DNA of 64,000 nucleotides from an uncultured bacterium (GTDB lineage Bacteria; Chlamydiota; Chlamydiia; Chlamydiales; SM23-39): NCBI GenBank assembly GCA_964456885.1, contig CAYWDE010000001.1, positions 112 to 64,111 of the forward strand, read 5' to 3'. Shown piece by piece: positions 62,868 to 64,000 of this stretch (position 1 is its first letter; each line of letters starts with the position of its first letter). The notes under the pieces were generated by a model. It saw only the letters and a program-made list of their open reading frames with translations, ran no database searches and was not told where the DNA came from. The position numbers and the translations under genes were made by a program.

Positions 62868-62869
62868 GT

Positions 62870-63205
62870 TTATAACCCGCCGATGACTTCAACCAATTTT
62901 GGGACATAGTTCACAGCCAATCCCAATCCGCCCCAAAGCAATAGAGGCTTAATGGATCCTGCTGCATATGCCTGGAAAAGACCTGCTCCGCCGCCAAAGA
63001 CGAGTGCTGTTTTTTTAACCCAAGGGCTGAAAATCGTGTTCATTACATTCGTGGTCATCAATTCAATCTCTTGCACCTCATTACCGGCACAATACCCTTG
63101 CGTATGCAAGACCACTCCAAACAAGAGCACAGACCAAAACAAGACTCTAGATTTGTCCAACGTTGGACACTTTTTCTCTATCTCGGCAATTTCTTTGCGT
63201 ACCAT
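62870..63205 (-). CDS. traA: F-type propilin TraA
   Basis: ATG 63205 preceded by GGAGAG (track start 63232 is GTG). Long leader, two hydrophobic helices, C-terminus ...VEVIGGL like F pilin ...AVVGL. Confidence 0.7.
   Translation of the reverse strand: MVRKEIAEIEKKCPTLDKSRVLFWSVLLFGVVLHTQGYCAGNEVQEIELMTTNVMNTIFSPWVKKTALVFGGGAGLFQAYAAGSIKPLLLWGGLGLAVNYVPKLVEVIGGL
63154..63169. repeat. P-box copy 7 (16-bp core) inside the propilin leader-peptide codons
   Basis: Read directly. Confidence 0.95.
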
Positions 63206-63259
63206 ATTTTCTCTCCGTTTAATCTTGCGCACACAAGATGCTTGTTTAATATCATTAAT

Positions 63260-63288
63260 CTAATATGCTTTTGATGTTTTTTTGTCAA
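63260..63288 (-). promoter_or_regulatory. sigma70-like promoter, copy A (TTGACA-17 nt-TATTAG on the minus strand) upstream of traA
   Basis: -35 at 63288-63283, -10 at 63265-63260, flanked by P-boxes 7 and 8. Confidence 0.6.
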
Positions 63289-63313
63289 ATCGTCTATAAG
63301 ACAGAGAAAAATT

Positions 63314-63329
63314 TGTCCAACGTTGGACA
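63314..63329. repeat. P-box copy 8 (16-bp core), 26 bp upstream of the -35 of the tra promoter
   Basis: Read directly. Confidence 0.95.
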
Positions 63330-63561
63330 TTTAAAAAAGAAGGTTTCAAGAGGGAAATGCAGTTGATTTCGAGATTTTTTAGGCAGATCTTTTAAGAGAT
63401 GCTATGGGGGGCGATACTTTCGCTTTTTTCTTTGTTTTTCCTAAATCTCTTTAGCGATGTTCTACAGCATCTAAACATACATACCACTTTGACATCTTGT
63501 AATAATTCTGCTATTTAAAGCATAGCGGACTAGATTTTCCGATTCACAAAGGATAATAAGC

Positions 63562-64000
63562 ATGGCAGTAAAATTTTTTAAAAAATTAACAACTGGAGTT
63601 TCTGGTCTATTCCTTTTGATTGCCTTCATTCTTGATCTATCTGGCACTAATGAAAACTCAATTATATTTTATTATTTATCCATCATTTCTGGTGGTTATT
63701 TCGTTGTTCTTGAGGCTGTTAAAGGACTAGTTAAACAAAGATTCCTAAATATCAATTTCTTAGTAGTTATTGCCACTTTAGGGGCTTTGTATATCAAGCG
63801 GTATGGAGAAGCCGCGACTGTTATTTTCTTCTTTTCTTTGGCTGAGTTTTTTGAAGAATACGGAATCGAGAAATCTAAGAGGGCTGTAGAAGCTTTGATC
63901 AAAAAAGCCCCAAAAATGGCTATTTTGAAAAATGGCAAAACAGTGCCCGTTGAATCTGTAAAAGTTCAAGAGGTTATCTTGATTAAACCCGGCGAGATGG
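63562..64000 (+). CDS. heavy-metal P1B-type ATPase (Zn/Cd/Co-like), N-terminal part, runs off the window (not in the ORF track)
   Basis: MAVKFFKKLTTGVSGLFLLIAF...FLVVIATLGALYIKRYGEAATVIFFFSLAEFFEEYGIEKSKRAVEALIKKAP..ILKNGK.VPVESVKV..VILIKPGE is the typical TM-A to actuator region of CadA/ZntA-type pumps. Confidence 0.75.
   Translation, partial: MAVKFFKKLTTGVSGLFLLIAFILDLSGTNENSIIFYYLSIISGGYFVVLEAVKGLVKQRFLNINFLVVIATLGALYIKRYGEAATVIFFFSLAEFFEEYGIEKSKRAVEALIKKAPKMAILKNGKTVPVESVKVQEVILIKPGEM

Overview
This 64-kb window looks like the backbone of a conjugative element (plasmid or ICE) carrying several cargo blocks. All calls come from reading ORF translations and DNA by eye; no searches were run.

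Backbone:
- Maintenance region (1-4.4 kb): a protein ending in an XRE-type HTH, an 8-copy iteron array, a serine resolvase, an RHH-like gene and dsbB.
- Ti-type DNA-processing module (4.3-9.6 kb): traD_Ti, a putative oriT, and a 1522-aa relaxase-helicase-primase (traA_Ti).
- F-type mating-pair-formation operon on the minus strand: traA-L-E-K-B, a dsbA-like gene, traV-C-W, trbC (63.2-55.5 kb), then traU, an unknown orf, traN-F-H-G and a traS-like gene (48.3-39.3 kb). The coupling protein traD_F is displaced to 28.1-29.8 kb.
- F-type Mpf combined with Ti-type TraA/TraD is the architecture described for Rickettsiales RAGE elements and for tra islands or plasmids of environmental Chlamydiae. The many bilobed-hydrophobic membrane proteins fit a chlamydial host, but that taxon guess is tentative.

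Cargo:
- A copper/metal island (48.4-55.5 kb) splits the tra operon. It holds a CopA-type P-type ATPase, an OMF lipoprotein, a multicopper oxidase fused to a membrane domain, and a secreted Cys-rich protein. A second metal ATPase starts at 63.6 kb.
- A TA/defence-like block (29.9-39.2 kb) lies between the traS-like gene and traD_F. It holds two divergent AbiEi/AbiEii pairs, two intact and one truncated ATPase/DUF234-like genes, and mosaic traD/traS remnants.
- A tnpB-only IS200/IS605 remnant carries one in-frame TGA.
- A two-gene module (lipoprotein-like L plus small secreted Cys-ribbon S) occurs three times. Two copies mirror each other around a signal-peptide-bearing biotin-ligase-like gene.
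- A family of four 4-TM paralogs, and an MFS / methyltransferase / OM-barrel trio.

Non-coding structure:
- P-box: the 16-bp perfect palindrome TGTCCAACGTTGGACA, 8 copies, extended to as much as 36 bp of perfect dyad symmetry.
- Q-box: AATTGTTCCACAGCTGTGGAACAATT, 5 copies, in front of otherwise unrelated cargo units.
- R repeat: a ~32-45-bp unit at module junctions, 7 copies or part-copies.
- A duplicated ~73-bp sigma70-like promoter in front of both halves of the split tra operon.
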